A stretch of DNA of 32,000 nt from Shewanellaceae bacterium UBA2521 (GTDB lineage: Bacteria; Pseudomonadota; Gammaproteobacteria; Enterobacterales; Shewanellaceae): positions 1 through 32,000 of the forward strand of contig DDNL01000076.1 of NCBI GenBank assembly GCA_002341165.1, read 5' to 3'. Below, in pieces: positions 19,122-27,942 of this stretch (its first letter is position 1; the number at the start of each line of letters is the position of its first letter). The notes below the pieces were generated by a model. It saw only the letters and a list, made by a program, of their open reading frames with translations, ran no database searches and was not told the DNA's origin. Both the position numbers and the translations under genes were made by a program.

Positions 19122-19271
19122 ATGAAAATATTAAATAAAATAGAATATAAAAAAATTAAAGGTGGTTTTAATTTTATTGATTTAATACTTAAAGGATTCA
19201 AAAATTACGGTGAAATTGTTATCCACTGGAACAAATTAAGAAAGACTCAAGTTATACTCGTACCTCTGTAA
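19122..19271 (+). CDS. Small peptide with a double-glycine-type leader (49 aa): MKILNKIEYKKIKGG|FNFIDLILKGFKNYGEIVIHWNKLRKTQVILVPL
   Basis: Not in the ORF track. GAGGA lies 11 nt upstream. The 15-aa leader has L-12, E-8, Y-7, I-4 and GG. The predicted mature part is cationic and amphipathic, and shares xxxxD at its start and a basic-cluster + hydrophobic-I-x-hydrophobic-P tail with the first peptide. Confidence 0.5.
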   Translation: MKILNKIEYKKIKGGFNFIDLILKGFKNYGEIVIHWNKLRKTQVILVPL

Positions 19272-19333
19272 ATCAATATACAAATATCTATAGTGAAAAA
19301 GTAGATTTTTAAGACTATTTGCTATTTTTTATT

Positions 19334-19379
19334 ATAGAGAAGAAAAACCTACAAACTCGAAGATACTCTTCTTCTCTAT
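19334..19379. repeat. 11-bp perfect inverted repeat downstream of the second GG-leader peptide
   Basis: ATAGAGAAGAA (19334-19344) pairs with TTCTTCTCTAT (19369-19379), with a 24-nt spacer. There is no T-tract, so it could be a terminator-like hairpin or a protein-binding site. Confidence 0.6.
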
Positions 19380-19728
19380 TCAAATACATCTCGATCAAAG
19401 ATATTAAGGGCAGGTTTTTATTTCTCCATATTTGATGGCTTCACTCATCAAATGGGATATAGCATGATTCAAATAGGTCAATAGCCTCGAACTTCTTATA
19501 AGAGAACAAACAGTGTCATCTAAGACACATCAACTCTTATTAAAGATTGAGATCCAGCTTGAATCTTTGCCATCTTTTGCAAAGAGCCTTAGTTAATCCA
19601 TACTCAACCTACTCCACCTTATTTGGTGAGCGCCTCTTTTGAGACTTACTTTTAACCCATTACCCAACTCAGATACAGTATTCATGTGCTATCTTATGGA
19701 TCAGATGAAGTACGTGGAGCTCCAAATC

Positions 19729-20694
19729 ATGCCTCACCTGTTACGCACATCATGTAAGAATACTTTTGATCTCTGGTTAAAAATCATGAAGCTTATGATT
19801 CCTATTGCAGTGTGCGTTAAGCTCGCTACAGAGATGGGTGTTGTGGACTGGCTAGGAAACATGCTGGCTCCCCTAATGGGATACCTTGGTTTACCAGGTA
19901 TAATGGGCATGGTCTGGGCTGTTACCGCTGTAACAAACCTATGGTCTGGAGCCATGCTATTTGTGAGCTTAGCGACCACTGTAGATATCACAGCGGCTCA
20001 AGCCACAATAGTAGGTATAATGATGCTGATGGCACATAGTTTACCGCTAGAGCTGGCTGTAGTGCGCAAGTGCGGCATCAAACCTCTCTTTGCACTGAGT
20101 TTAAGAGTGCTCAGTGCACTCATCTTAGGCTATGTATTTCATTGGATATTTGACTATGGATCTCTGCTGCAAGAGCCGGTGCATATTGCTTTGCGTCTCA
20201 CAGAGCCAACAGATACTTCATGGCAAAGTTGGATGTTAGGGCAAATCGAAAGTTATATACTCATGTGGCCTTTCTTATTTATGTTAGTACTACTGCTTGA
20301 TTACATAAAAACACATCAAGCTATGCCACAAGTGACGCAATGGCTGACGCCCTATTTAGACATTATGGGTATCAGCGCCCGCTGCGCACCGATCACTTTT
20401 TTAGGCATGACTTTGGGCTTAGTCTATGGAGGAGCCATGCTCATTCAAGCAATTGAAGACAGCGAACTAGACGAAGATGAAGCACATAGAGCGGTGTTGT
20501 CGATGAACTTATTGCATGCAGTCATTGAAGATACATGCATTATCTGGTTAATTGGCGGAAGTTTTTTTTGGATATTCATACTACGTCTTGTTTTTACCCT
20601 ACTGGTGATGCGCCTTTTACATTTATGGATTCAAACGCATCACCGTGTTGCTTGGTATTTTATTAAGCTCAAACCTCTCAAAAGCTCACGCTAA
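19729..20694 (+). CDS. Nucleoside-recognition (Gate) domain-containing inner-membrane protein
   Basis: Start moved to the ATG at 19729 (GGAG 9 nt upstream). A polytopic membrane protein. The segment …IPIAVCVKLATEMGVVDWLGNMLAPLMGYLGLPG…MLMAHSLPLE… follows the pattern of the FeoB-gate/nucleoside-recognition family as I recall it. Confidence 0.6.
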   Translation: MPHLLRTSCKNTFDLWLKIMKLMIPIAVCVKLATEMGVVDWLGNMLAPLMGYLGLPGIMGMVWAVTAVTNLWSGAMLFVSLATTVDITAAQATIVGIMMLMAHSLPLELAVVRKCGIKPLFALSLRVLSALILGYVFHWIFDYGSLLQEPVHIALRLTEPTDTSWQSWMLGQIESYILMWPFLFMLVLLLDYIKTHQAMPQVTQWLTPYLDIMGISARCAPITFLGMTLGLVYGGAMLIQAIEDSELDEDEAHRAVLSMNLLHAVIEDTCIIWLIGGSFFWIFILRLVFTLLVMRLLHLWIQTHHRVAWYFIKLKPLKSSR

Positions 20695-21361
20695 CACCAG
20701 CAAAAACGCCTCGATGCGCCAAGGTATAATCTGTTTTTGTACCACTTTCTTCGCCTTCGATACCTGTGTAACGATAACCAATTTTCGTATCAAAATCGGC
20801 AAGAGCGCTCACTCTCCAACCTAATCCGGCCTGTATATCATGATACGCAGCAGGATCAAAGCCTACAAGTGCATCAGCAAAGGCAAAAAAATCTGTTCCT
20901 GGAAAAGCTAATTCTGAGCTTATATAAGCTGCCCATTGAGACTGTTCTAAATCGATTTCAGCATGTTGGGGTGTGCTCATATCGCCTTGAACCGAAGTAT
21001 AGTTTAGACCCACATCAGCTGAAACGAGCCCATTGTCTAGAACTTCATAATATAAGGTGTAATGCATTTGAGTAAGTTTTAGATTATGGTCTACTAGATT
21101 ATGTTCCAAACTTGTGGACACGTCATCGAACTGTACTTTGATATTAGGTAGTGTTGGGATAAAATGCTCAAACTTAATCCAGTATGAAGGATTTATCTTG
21201 GTATCATATGTGTAGCTATGATCGGCTACATCAACATCAAGATCGCTATAAGCTGCATCGACGCCAACTTTAACGGATAAGGTATCAGCGAAAGTAGGAG
21301 CAACACAACACACAAAACTGGCTACAAGGAACCCTATTTTTACTTGGTTATATTCATTCAT
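20678..21361 (-). CDS. Small outer-membrane beta-barrel protein (putative)
   Basis: Signal peptide (…CCVAPTFA|DT). Alternating amphipathic strands with frequent Tyr/Gly. C-terminal …GVSVSF. Its 3' end overlaps the convergent membrane-protein gene by 17 nt. Confidence 0.6.
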   Translation of the reverse strand: MNEYNQVKIGFLVASFVCCVAPTFADTLSVKVGVDAAYSDLDVDVADHSYTYDTKINPSYWIKFEHFIPTLPNIKVQFDDVSTSLEHNLVDHNLKLTQMHYTLYYEVLDNGLVSADVGLNYTSVQGDMSTPQHAEIDLEQSQWAAYISSELAFPGTDFFAFADALVGFDPAAYHDIQAGLGWRVSALADFDTKIGYRYTGIEGEESGTKTDYTLAHRGVFAGVSVSF

Positions 21362-21655
21362 AGTTCAATCTTAAACATAAAAGAAACACTCTTGTTTACT
21401 CTCTACTTAAAGAATAAGCTAAATGTCTTGTTCAATGAAACGCTGTTAATTAAAGTCTATCACACTTTTATAAAACAAAGTAAAGCTTTAATTATTTTTA
21501 TCTTTTACAGTATTTCTCCATGTTATATGCTGTATGTTGTATGTTGTAAACCTTATGATTTTAGTAGCTTTTTGTTGTAAATAGTGCAAAAGTCAAAGAC
21601 AAATCTGCCGTGTATTTATAGAATCAAATTGTTTCTTTAACTATGGAGTGTCTTT

Positions 21656-22930
21656 ATGTGGCCTTTTCGCCAAGCTTGCGCTTTTTTCTGGCATCTGTTC
21701 TATCAAGGCGTCGCTTTAACGCACAGCACAAAATACTTGAAATGCATAGCCTTGCTTCAATATCCTATCTCTTTCAAGCGCGTAAAAAGTTTGCCGTGGG
21801 CTCACTACTTTATCAGGTGCAAACGCTGCCAATCTTGTCTTATTGTAATCGCTTATCTCATCAAAATCTTATTACTTGGAGGCTTGTATCACTTCACCTT
21901 TTCCGCCATTGCAAGACCTGTATCATCGGTGATGATCAACAATTGTGAAACCTTACTTGCAATTCCCGAAAAAAGCACTTTGCATTATCAACTGACTCAA
22001 GATATCGACTGTACTGACCAAGTCGTCCACCAGCCTAAAGTTTTTTCTGGCGTATTAGAGGGGCAACATCATGCTATTCGCCACTTAACTTTACAAGTGC
22101 GCCAAGGTGCTTATGTTGGCTTGTTCAGTCGCCTTGAAGGTGCAACCATCAAGCATCTCACTCTTGACAATATACAATGGCAAACGGGAGAAAGTCTTGT
22201 TCAAATGGGTGGTTTACTCGCTGGAATCATCAAGTTCAGTCATATTGAAGATTTACGTATCACCCAAAGTAATTTAGCAGCAGGCGATGCTGCATATTAT
22301 CCTTTTGCGCAAATGGGATTAGGCTTAGTCGCGGGAATCATTGAACGCTCAACACTGACACAGATCCAACTCGAGAACAATCAAATCACCACCAGCTCAA
22401 GTTCAGGTGCTGTAGGCGCACTTGCAGGACGCGCTCATAAAAAAGCGCAGATCAAGAATGTACTGATTCATGATCTATCTATTCAAGTACATATAGGTTT
22501 GCGTGTACGACGTAAGCATTATATCGGTGGTGTTCTGGGCTATTTAGGTGATGCGTCTGAGCTCTCTGATGTACAGATCACGCATACTTACATTGATGAT
22601 GCTCAGCAAGGAGATCATGTTGCAGGGATAGGACACATTGCAGGTTACCTTAGACCTTACGCGCAGATTCATCGTGCCACTCTAGCTGATAACCATTACG
22701 AATTTATACCTATGCGCAATGATAAAACGGCGTTTCTTGTCGGTAAAAGCTTATTGCATAGTCATATAAGTGATGTGTGTATGATATCCTCTCGTCCTGA
22801 TATGTCTTTAAAACATGGAAAAGGTCTTCTGACTCATATTCTTTTTGACTCAAGCTGCTCACACACATCTACATCTAAGGAACCATCATTCCATAACAAT
22901 GAGGAAAATAAATTCTCAATTAAAAGTTGA
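21656..22930 (+). CDS. GLUG-motif beta-helix repeat protein, N-terminus uncertain
   Basis: From about aa 95 onward there are repeated units ending in GLUG-like motifs (VGLFS, MGGLLAG, LGLVAG, VGALAG, IGGVLGY, IGHIAGY), with 'I.HLTL.N' spacing. GGAG lies 7 nt upstream of ATG 21656. The first ~90 aa are Cys/aromatic-rich with two hydrophobic segments. An alternative start is at 21932. Confidence 0.55.
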   Translation: MWPFRQACAFFWHLFYQGVALTHSTKYLKCIALLQYPISFKRVKSLPWAHYFIRCKRCQSCLIVIAYLIKILLLGGLYHFTFSAIARPVSSVMINNCETLLAIPEKSTLHYQLTQDIDCTDQVVHQPKVFSGVLEGQHHAIRHLTLQVRQGAYVGLFSRLEGATIKHLTLDNIQWQTGESLVQMGGLLAGIIKFSHIEDLRITQSNLAAGDAAYYPFAQMGLGLVAGIIERSTLTQIQLENNQITTSSSSGAVGALAGRAHKKAQIKNVLIHDLSIQVHIGLRVRRKHYIGGVLGYLGDASELSDVQITHTYIDDAQQGDHVAGIGHIAGYLRPYAQIHRATLADNHYEFIPMRNDKTAFLVGKSLLHSHISDVCMISSRPDMSLKHGKGLLTHILFDSSCSHTSTSKEPSFHNNEENKFSIKS

Positions 22931-22986
22931 TTTATAACAGCCAAACTAACTAAGATTAAAGAGTATCTATTGCGGCTGGAGATCTT

Positions 22987-23904
22987 ATGTGTGCTGTGCA
23001 AAAAAGCACGATCAGTGAAGAAAAAGCCCTTACATTATCTTTAGCTATGACCACTTTTATCAGCTTTCTAGGAATTACTGCTGGTCTCTATCTTCAATCC
23101 AATGCCATATTACTAGATGGTTTTTTTTCTTTATTTAGTGTGTTGATGACAGGGCTTATCTTGTTCATCTGTCATCTTGTTAGTAAAGAAGATGATGAAT
23201 ACTTCCAATTTGGCTATTCGCATTTAGAACCTTTGGTGAGTGTCATCAATTCTGCTTTACTGATTCTTATTTGTGCTTATGCTGCATGGAGTGCATGGGA
23301 TGTGTTAACGACAGGAGGCCGATTGATTGAGCTCGACTTTGCCATGATCTACGCTTCAATCACTTTAGTAATAGCAACCTTAATGTATAAATTTGAAGTG
23401 TATGCTAATCAGTTCCATCATTCTGAATTATTACGTGTTGATGCCAATGAATGGTATGTTGACGCTATTTTAAGCTTAGCGCTCCTCATTGGTTTTTCTG
23501 TAGCACGAGGCACTGCATTAATAGGTTATCAAGATGTCAGCTTGATTATTGACCCCCTACTCACTTTCGGTATGGCTACCTTTGCATGTTGGTTGCCTCT
23601 CAAAGTACTCAAGCGTAATATGCGAGAAGTATTACGCTTGGCACCTAAAGATAACATGGCATATCGTGTCGATAGAGCTATTGCAGCCTTACAAAAACAA
23701 AAAGGTATTATTACTTGCCAAAGTCATTTAGCCAAGTTTGGACGACGCTATGAACTTGAAATCAATATTCTCGTCTCCAAAAAATACGATTGGAATGTGA
23801 GAGAGCAAGATGCGCTACGTGAACAACTGATACAAGATTTACATTCAACCATAGACGAATTATGGCTAAGCGTCTGCTTCACACAACAAGAGCGTTGGCT
23901 TTAA
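22987..23904 (+). CDS. Cation diffusion facilitator (CDF) family transporter
   Basis: 305 aa. Has 5-6 N-terminal TM helices with Asp/His-containing motifs (LLDGFFS…, FGYSHLEPL) and a C-terminal cytoplasmic domain. GGAG lies 5 nt upstream. Confidence 0.65.
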   Translation: MCAVQKSTISEEKALTLSLAMTTFISFLGITAGLYLQSNAILLDGFFSLFSVLMTGLILFICHLVSKEDDEYFQFGYSHLEPLVSVINSALLILICAYAAWSAWDVLTTGGRLIELDFAMIYASITLVIATLMYKFEVYANQFHHSELLRVDANEWYVDAILSLALLIGFSVARGTALIGYQDVSLIIDPLLTFGMATFACWLPLKVLKRNMREVLRLAPKDNMAYRVDRAIAALQKQKGIITCQSHLAKFGRRYELEINILVSKKYDWNVREQDALREQLIQDLHSTIDELWLSVCFTQQERWL

Positions 23905-24542
23905 TCAGTCAGTTCGACCGGCCATCCTCCCAACGTTTTCCAACGGTTCACCATCCAGCAAAAAAGCTCGGCTGTTTTTTCGGTGTCGTATTGAGCTGAA
24001 TGAGCTTTCGCTTGTGAAAATTCAATCTGTGCTGTTTCACATGCTTTCGCTAAAACCGTTTGGCCAAGTACAAGACCTGATAAAGTTGCGGTATCGAAGG
24101 TAGTAAATGGGTGAAAGGGATCACGCTTAAGCTTGCATCTTGTTGTGGCAGCACGGACAAAACTTTTGTCAAACGTCGCATTGTGTGCCACTAAAATAGC
24201 ACGATGACAACCTGTGCGTTTGAGTTGTTTACGTACTGCTTTAAAAATCTCTCGTAAAGCATCTTCTTCTCGTATCGCACCGCGCTTTAAATCAAAGGGA
24301 TCGATGCCATTAAATTCGATTGCAGATTGTTCTATATTAGCATCAGGAAAAGGTTCAATATGAAAGTGCAGTGTCTGCAATAAGACTAAATCACCTTCTT
24401 CGTTCATATCTAAAAGTGTGGCTGCAATTTCTAATAGCGCATCGGTTTCGGCATTAAAACCTGCTGTTTCTACGTCAATCACAACTGGGTAATAACCTCG
24501 GAAACGATCTTTAATGGTTTGGCTTGGTGCAGCATGGCTCAT
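23901..24542 (-). CDS. rnt: Ribonuclease T
   Basis: Start moved to MSHAAPSQ… (214 aa). [26 protein letters not shown] and [15 protein letters not shown] match E. coli RNase T DEDDh motifs nearly residue for residue. Confidence 0.92.
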   Translation of the reverse strand: MSHAAPSQTIKDRFRGYYPVVIDVETAGFNAETDALLEIAATLLDMNEEGDLVLLQTLHFHIEPFPDANIEQSAIEFNGIDPFDLKRGAIREEDALREIFKAVRKQLKRTGCHRAILVAHNATFDKSFVRAATTRCKLKRDPFHPFTTFDTATLSGLVLGQTVLAKACETAQIEFSQAKAHSAQYDTEKTAELFCWMVNRWKTLGGWPVELTD

Positions 24543-24665
24543 ATTAACATCTCTTCTTTTATCAGTTTTATGGAACAAACGAACTTACTTGTTAGATTGC
24601 GTGACTTAAGTTTACATTGAAAACGCCGATAGCATGCATATTAAGATTCGCATATTTTTGGTTTT

Positions 24666-25541
24666 ATGCTAGAGCGCGTATTTGTTCTCATCAGCTTTTT
24701 CCTCTTAGCCATGCCATCATTCGCTAATATGAAGTATTATGCCTCATCTATTGATAGCTCGCTATGGAATAATATCAAACCTTCACCTGTGCTATGCCAA
24801 ATCTCACATCATATTCCGCAATATGGTAAAGCGACTTTTACCAGTCGTGCAAACAAATCATCTAACTTATCTTTCACTTTAGAGATGATGATACAACCTG
24901 GTCATACAACACCTGTAAGCCTCATTAGCCGAGCTCCTTTATGGCGTCCTGGTATCACAGATCGCAACTTGCTCCAATTTCAATTTCAGAAATACCAAAA
25001 TCTAGAGCTCAACGACCGTGTACCTTGGATTATGCTTAATGAACTTGAAATGGGTATGGAGCCTACATTTTTCTACAATGACTGGAACAACCCGAAAGAT
25101 AAAATAGCCGTCGGCTTGTCTCCTGTCAATTTTAGTACAAAGTATCACGAGTTTAAAAAGTGTATGAATGGACTACTGCCCTATAATCTAGAAGACTTTT
25201 CTTTCGTCGTATTCTATTACAGAAAAGGCAGCGCAATGACCGAGCACTCTGTTAGCATGTTAGAGAAATTATCCGAATACCTGAAACACGATAACCAAGT
25301 AGCTGGTATTCATATTGAAAGCTTTACCGATAGCTATGGAGGCATCACACAAAACAAACGTATTGCAAGAAAAAGAGCCTCTAACCTCAGACGTTTCTTT
25401 ATGAAAAGAGGCGTGCCTAAATCTAAGATTAAAATCAAAATGAACGCTATGAAGCGATTCGCTGCCAAAAACTCTTTAGCTTCTGAACGAGCTAAAAACC
25501 GACGTGTTATCTTAAGAATCAGACATCATGCAGAAGATTAA
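24666..25541 (+). CDS. motY: Flagellar motor T-ring protein MotY (OmpA-like C-terminal domain)
   Basis: 291 aa with a signal peptide. CQISHHIPQYGKATFTSRANK, VSLISRAPLWRPG, PTFFYNDW and the C-terminal NRRV peptidoglycan-binding motif parallel Vibrio MotY as recalled. It is adjacent to rnt, as in Vibrio. Confidence 0.85.
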   Translation: MLERVFVLISFFLLAMPSFANMKYYASSIDSSLWNNIKPSPVLCQISHHIPQYGKATFTSRANKSSNLSFTLEMMIQPGHTTPVSLISRAPLWRPGITDRNLLQFQFQKYQNLELNDRVPWIMLNELEMGMEPTFFYNDWNNPKDKIAVGLSPVNFSTKYHEFKKCMNGLLPYNLEDFSFVVFYYRKGSAMTEHSVSMLEKLSEYLKHDNQVAGIHIESFTDSYGGITQNKRIARKRASNLRRFFMKRGVPKSKIKIKMNAMKRFAAKNSLASERAKNRRVILRIRHHAED

Positions 25542-25634
25542 CCTTTTTTACACTTTATATGCAATTTAAGGGTTTTTTTCATCGCTTAATTCAAGGATAA
25601 TATAATTTATTAATAACCATTGAATGAAGTGACC

Positions 25635-26528
25635 ATGGCTCTTATCTCTTCTTATCCCTCTCAAGTCTATGATTTACATAGCCACTCAACCGCATCGGAC
25701 GGTCAACTTAGCCCTACCGCATTAATACAGCGCGCCTTGGATAAAAACATTCATACCCTAGCTCTAACCGATCACGATACAGTTGCCGGGTTAGAAGAAG
25801 CGCACAAAGCGAATGAAGCACAAGAGCAACCTCTAAATTTAATCAATGGCGTCGAGATTTCAACTGGATGGCATGGCTATGACATTCACATCGTTGGACT
25901 TCATTTTGATCCAACACATACAGGATTACTGGAACTATTGTCCCAGCAAAGGCACAAACGCGATCAACGTGCTCGACTCATTGGCGAGCGTTTAGCCAAA
26001 GCAGGTATTGAAGGTGCTTATGAAGGTGCTTGTGTTTATGCGCAAGGCGCTGCGGTCAGCCGCTCCCATTTTGCGCGCTGGCTCGTTGAAAAAAACTATG
26101 CCTCTGATGTCAATTCTGTGTTTTCCCGCTATCTTGCTCGCGGTAAAACTGGTTATGTACCTAACCAGTGGTGTTCGATACAAGAAGCGATTGAGATCTT
26201 ACATCAGGCAGGTGGCGTTGCCGTACTTGCGCATCCGTCTCGTTATAAAATGAGTCGCAAGTGGCTACGACGATTACTCAAAGAATTTAAACAATCTCAA
26301 GGCGATGGTATGGAAGTTATTTTTGCTCAACAGTCTATTGCCGATCGCGCTTCTTTAATCGGTCTTACTCAAGAGTTTGCACTGCATTGTTCTTTAGGAA
26401 GCGACTTTCATCAGGTCACACCATGGTGTGATTTGGGACGAAATTTGCATCAACCCGAGGTAGGTTCATGGATATGGCAATCGCCTAATTGGGTAAACTC
26501 AACCTATGCACAACTTATACACGAGTAA
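25635..26528 (+). CDS. yciV: PHP-domain protein (YciV/TrpH, RNase AM type)
   Basis: ATG at 25635. YDLHSHSTASDG, LALTDHDT and VLAHP are PHP metal-binding motifs. It is followed by yciO, as in E. coli. Confidence 0.85.
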   Translation: MALISSYPSQVYDLHSHSTASDGQLSPTALIQRALDKNIHTLALTDHDTVAGLEEAHKANEAQEQPLNLINGVEISTGWHGYDIHIVGLHFDPTHTGLLELLSQQRHKRDQRARLIGERLAKAGIEGAYEGACVYAQGAAVSRSHFARWLVEKNYASDVNSVFSRYLARGKTGYVPNQWCSIQEAIEILHQAGGVAVLAHPSRYKMSRKWLRRLLKEFKQSQGDGMEVIFAQQSIADRASLIGLTQEFALHCSLGSDFHQVTPWCDLGRNLHQPEVGSWIWQSPNWVNSTYAQLIHE

Positions 26529-26532
26529 AATT

Positions 26533-27162
26533 ATGAGTCAATTTTTCCAAATACATGCTGAAACACCACAAAAACGTCTTATCGAGCAAGCCGTACATAT
26601 CATCAAGCAAGGCGGTGTCATTGCTTATCCAACTGACTCTGGTTATGCTTTAGGTTGCCAAATTAATCATAAAAATGCGCTAGAACGGATTATTCAAATA
26701 CGTCAACTTTCTAAAAAGCATCAATTCACCCTGATGTGTCACAATTTATCCCAAGTATCACGCTATACACATTTAGATAATCAGGCTTTTCGGTTTTTAA
26801 AGACACACACACCCAACCCTTACACTTTTATTTTAAAGGCAACAAAAGAAGTCCCCAACCGTCTGACCACTTCAGCAAAAAAAACCATTGGTATACGCAT
26901 TCCTCACAACAAGATCTGTCTACATATACTCGAAGCTCTAGGTGAACCTTTAACTTCAACGAGCTTAATTTTACCTCATCAAACCGAAGCCGAGTTTGAT
27001 CCTTTTTCTATTCGCGATCAACTTGAGCATCATATTGATCTTGTGATTGATGGTGGATGTATCTCTGAAGAACCTACGACTATAATTGACTTAACTTCTG
27101 AGCCCTTTTCAGTTCTACGTCAAGGTGCTGGAAATATCAGTGTATTACTCGATGCTCTTTGA
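26533..27162 (+). CDS. yciO: YrdC/Sua5-family protein YciO
   Basis: ATG at 26533, 209 aa. IAYPTDSGYALGC and the KKTIGIRIP YrdC-fold motifs are present. No Sua5 C-terminal domain. Confidence 0.85.
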   Translation: MSQFFQIHAETPQKRLIEQAVHIIKQGGVIAYPTDSGYALGCQINHKNALERIIQIRQLSKKHQFTLMCHNLSQVSRYTHLDNQAFRFLKTHTPNPYTFILKATKEVPNRLTTSAKKTIGIRIPHNKICLHILEALGEPLTSTSLILPHQTEAEFDPFSIRDQLEHHIDLVIDGGCISEEPTTIIDLTSEPFSVLRQGAGNISVLLDAL

Positions 27163-27165
27163 TTT

Positions 27166-27942
27166 ATGACCTACGATTTTTCACAAGTAAAATTACATGG
27201 CGAGCCTCTACAAGAGCAGCCTCGCGATTTGTTTATCCCCCCTCATGCGCTCGAAATTTATCTCGAAGCATTTGAGGGACCTTTAGATGTCTTACTTTAT
27301 CTCATCAAAAAACAAAAGCTCGACTTACAAGACTTACCCGTTTTGTTGATTACGCATCAGTACCTCGAATATATTGAAGTCTTACACACACTCAATATCA
27401 ATTTAGCTGGCGATTATCTTGTTATGGCTGCAACCTTAGCACATATGAAAAGCTGTCTACTTTTACCGAAAGAGCCTTTAATCGAAGATGAGGAAGCAGA
27501 TCCGAGATATCAGTTGATTGCACAGCTACAAGCCTATGAAGCACTCAAGCAAGCAGCTCAAAGCTTACATGAGCAACCACGTATTGAACGTGATTGCTTC
27601 GTCGCGCAAGTTGATGTGCAGGGCGTTCCTAAAATGAAACCAGCACAGATACAGCTCACCGATCTGATCGCATCGATGAAGCATTTTATTGCACAACAAA
27701 AGATAGATGCTGCCCATGAGATAGAACCTGAGGTCATTTCTCTAGAAACTTGTATAGAACATATCATCACACAGCTTAAATACCACAAAAAACGTAACTT
27801 TTTTCAACTAATCGATGCAAATCAAGGAATATCTGGTATGATTGGCTGTTTTCTAGCGGTTTTGCAGCTCAACACCTCAGGTCAAATAAAATTGTTAACG
27901 ACAGACCATGCATCACAAATTTATGTGAGCCTCATGACATGA
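27166..27942 (+). CDS. scpA: Segregation and condensation protein A
   Basis: FEGPLDVLLYLIKKQKLDLQDLPVLLITHQYLEYI is the canonical ScpA N-terminal motif. 258 aa. It overlaps scpB by 4 nt. Confidence 0.88.
   Translation: MTYDFSQVKLHGEPLQEQPRDLFIPPHALEIYLEAFEGPLDVLLYLIKKQKLDLQDLPVLLITHQYLEYIEVLHTLNINLAGDYLVMAATLAHMKSCLLLPKEPLIEDEEADPRYQLIAQLQAYEALKQAAQSLHEQPRIERDCFVAQVDVQGVPKMKPAQIQLTDLIASMKHFIAQQKIDAAHEIEPEVISLETCIEHIITQLKYHKKRNFFQLIDANQGISGMIGCFLAVLQLNTSGQIKLLTTDHASQIYVSLMT

Noticed and set aside
21344-21580. 78-aa ORF in the OMP/GLUG intergenic region
   Set aside because: It is made of AT-rich intergenic sequence (Leu/Ile/Phe/Lys/Asn codons) and starts inside the OMP gene's 5' end on the opposite strand. 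No supporting signal.
21535-21585. Two TGTTGTAAA motifs (ATGTTGTAAACC, TTGTTGTAAATAG) and a TATGTTG tandem duplication in the OMP/GLUG intergenic region. There is also AAGTTGTAAAAAA at about 15258-15270.
   Set aside because: They match Ter only up to position 16 and lack the conserved C17-T18-A19. In very AT-rich DNA such partial matches are not significant without a genome-derived Ter consensus.
21643-21948. 101-aa ORF overlapping the 5' end of the GLUG gene in another frame
   Set aside because: The translation is low-quality (Arg/Ser/Leu-rich with no motif). It overlaps a frame that has a proper RBS.
26414-26429. 16-bp perfect palindrome TCACACCATGGTGTGA inside the yciV-type gene (considered as a matS-like site). 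There is also AGAGTCTTAAGACTCT at 31146-31161.
   Set aside because: It does not fit matS (GTGACnnnGTCAC). About 0.5 perfect 16-bp palindromes are expected by chance in 32 kb. The first is within coding sequence, and the second is adjacent to the prfC terminator.
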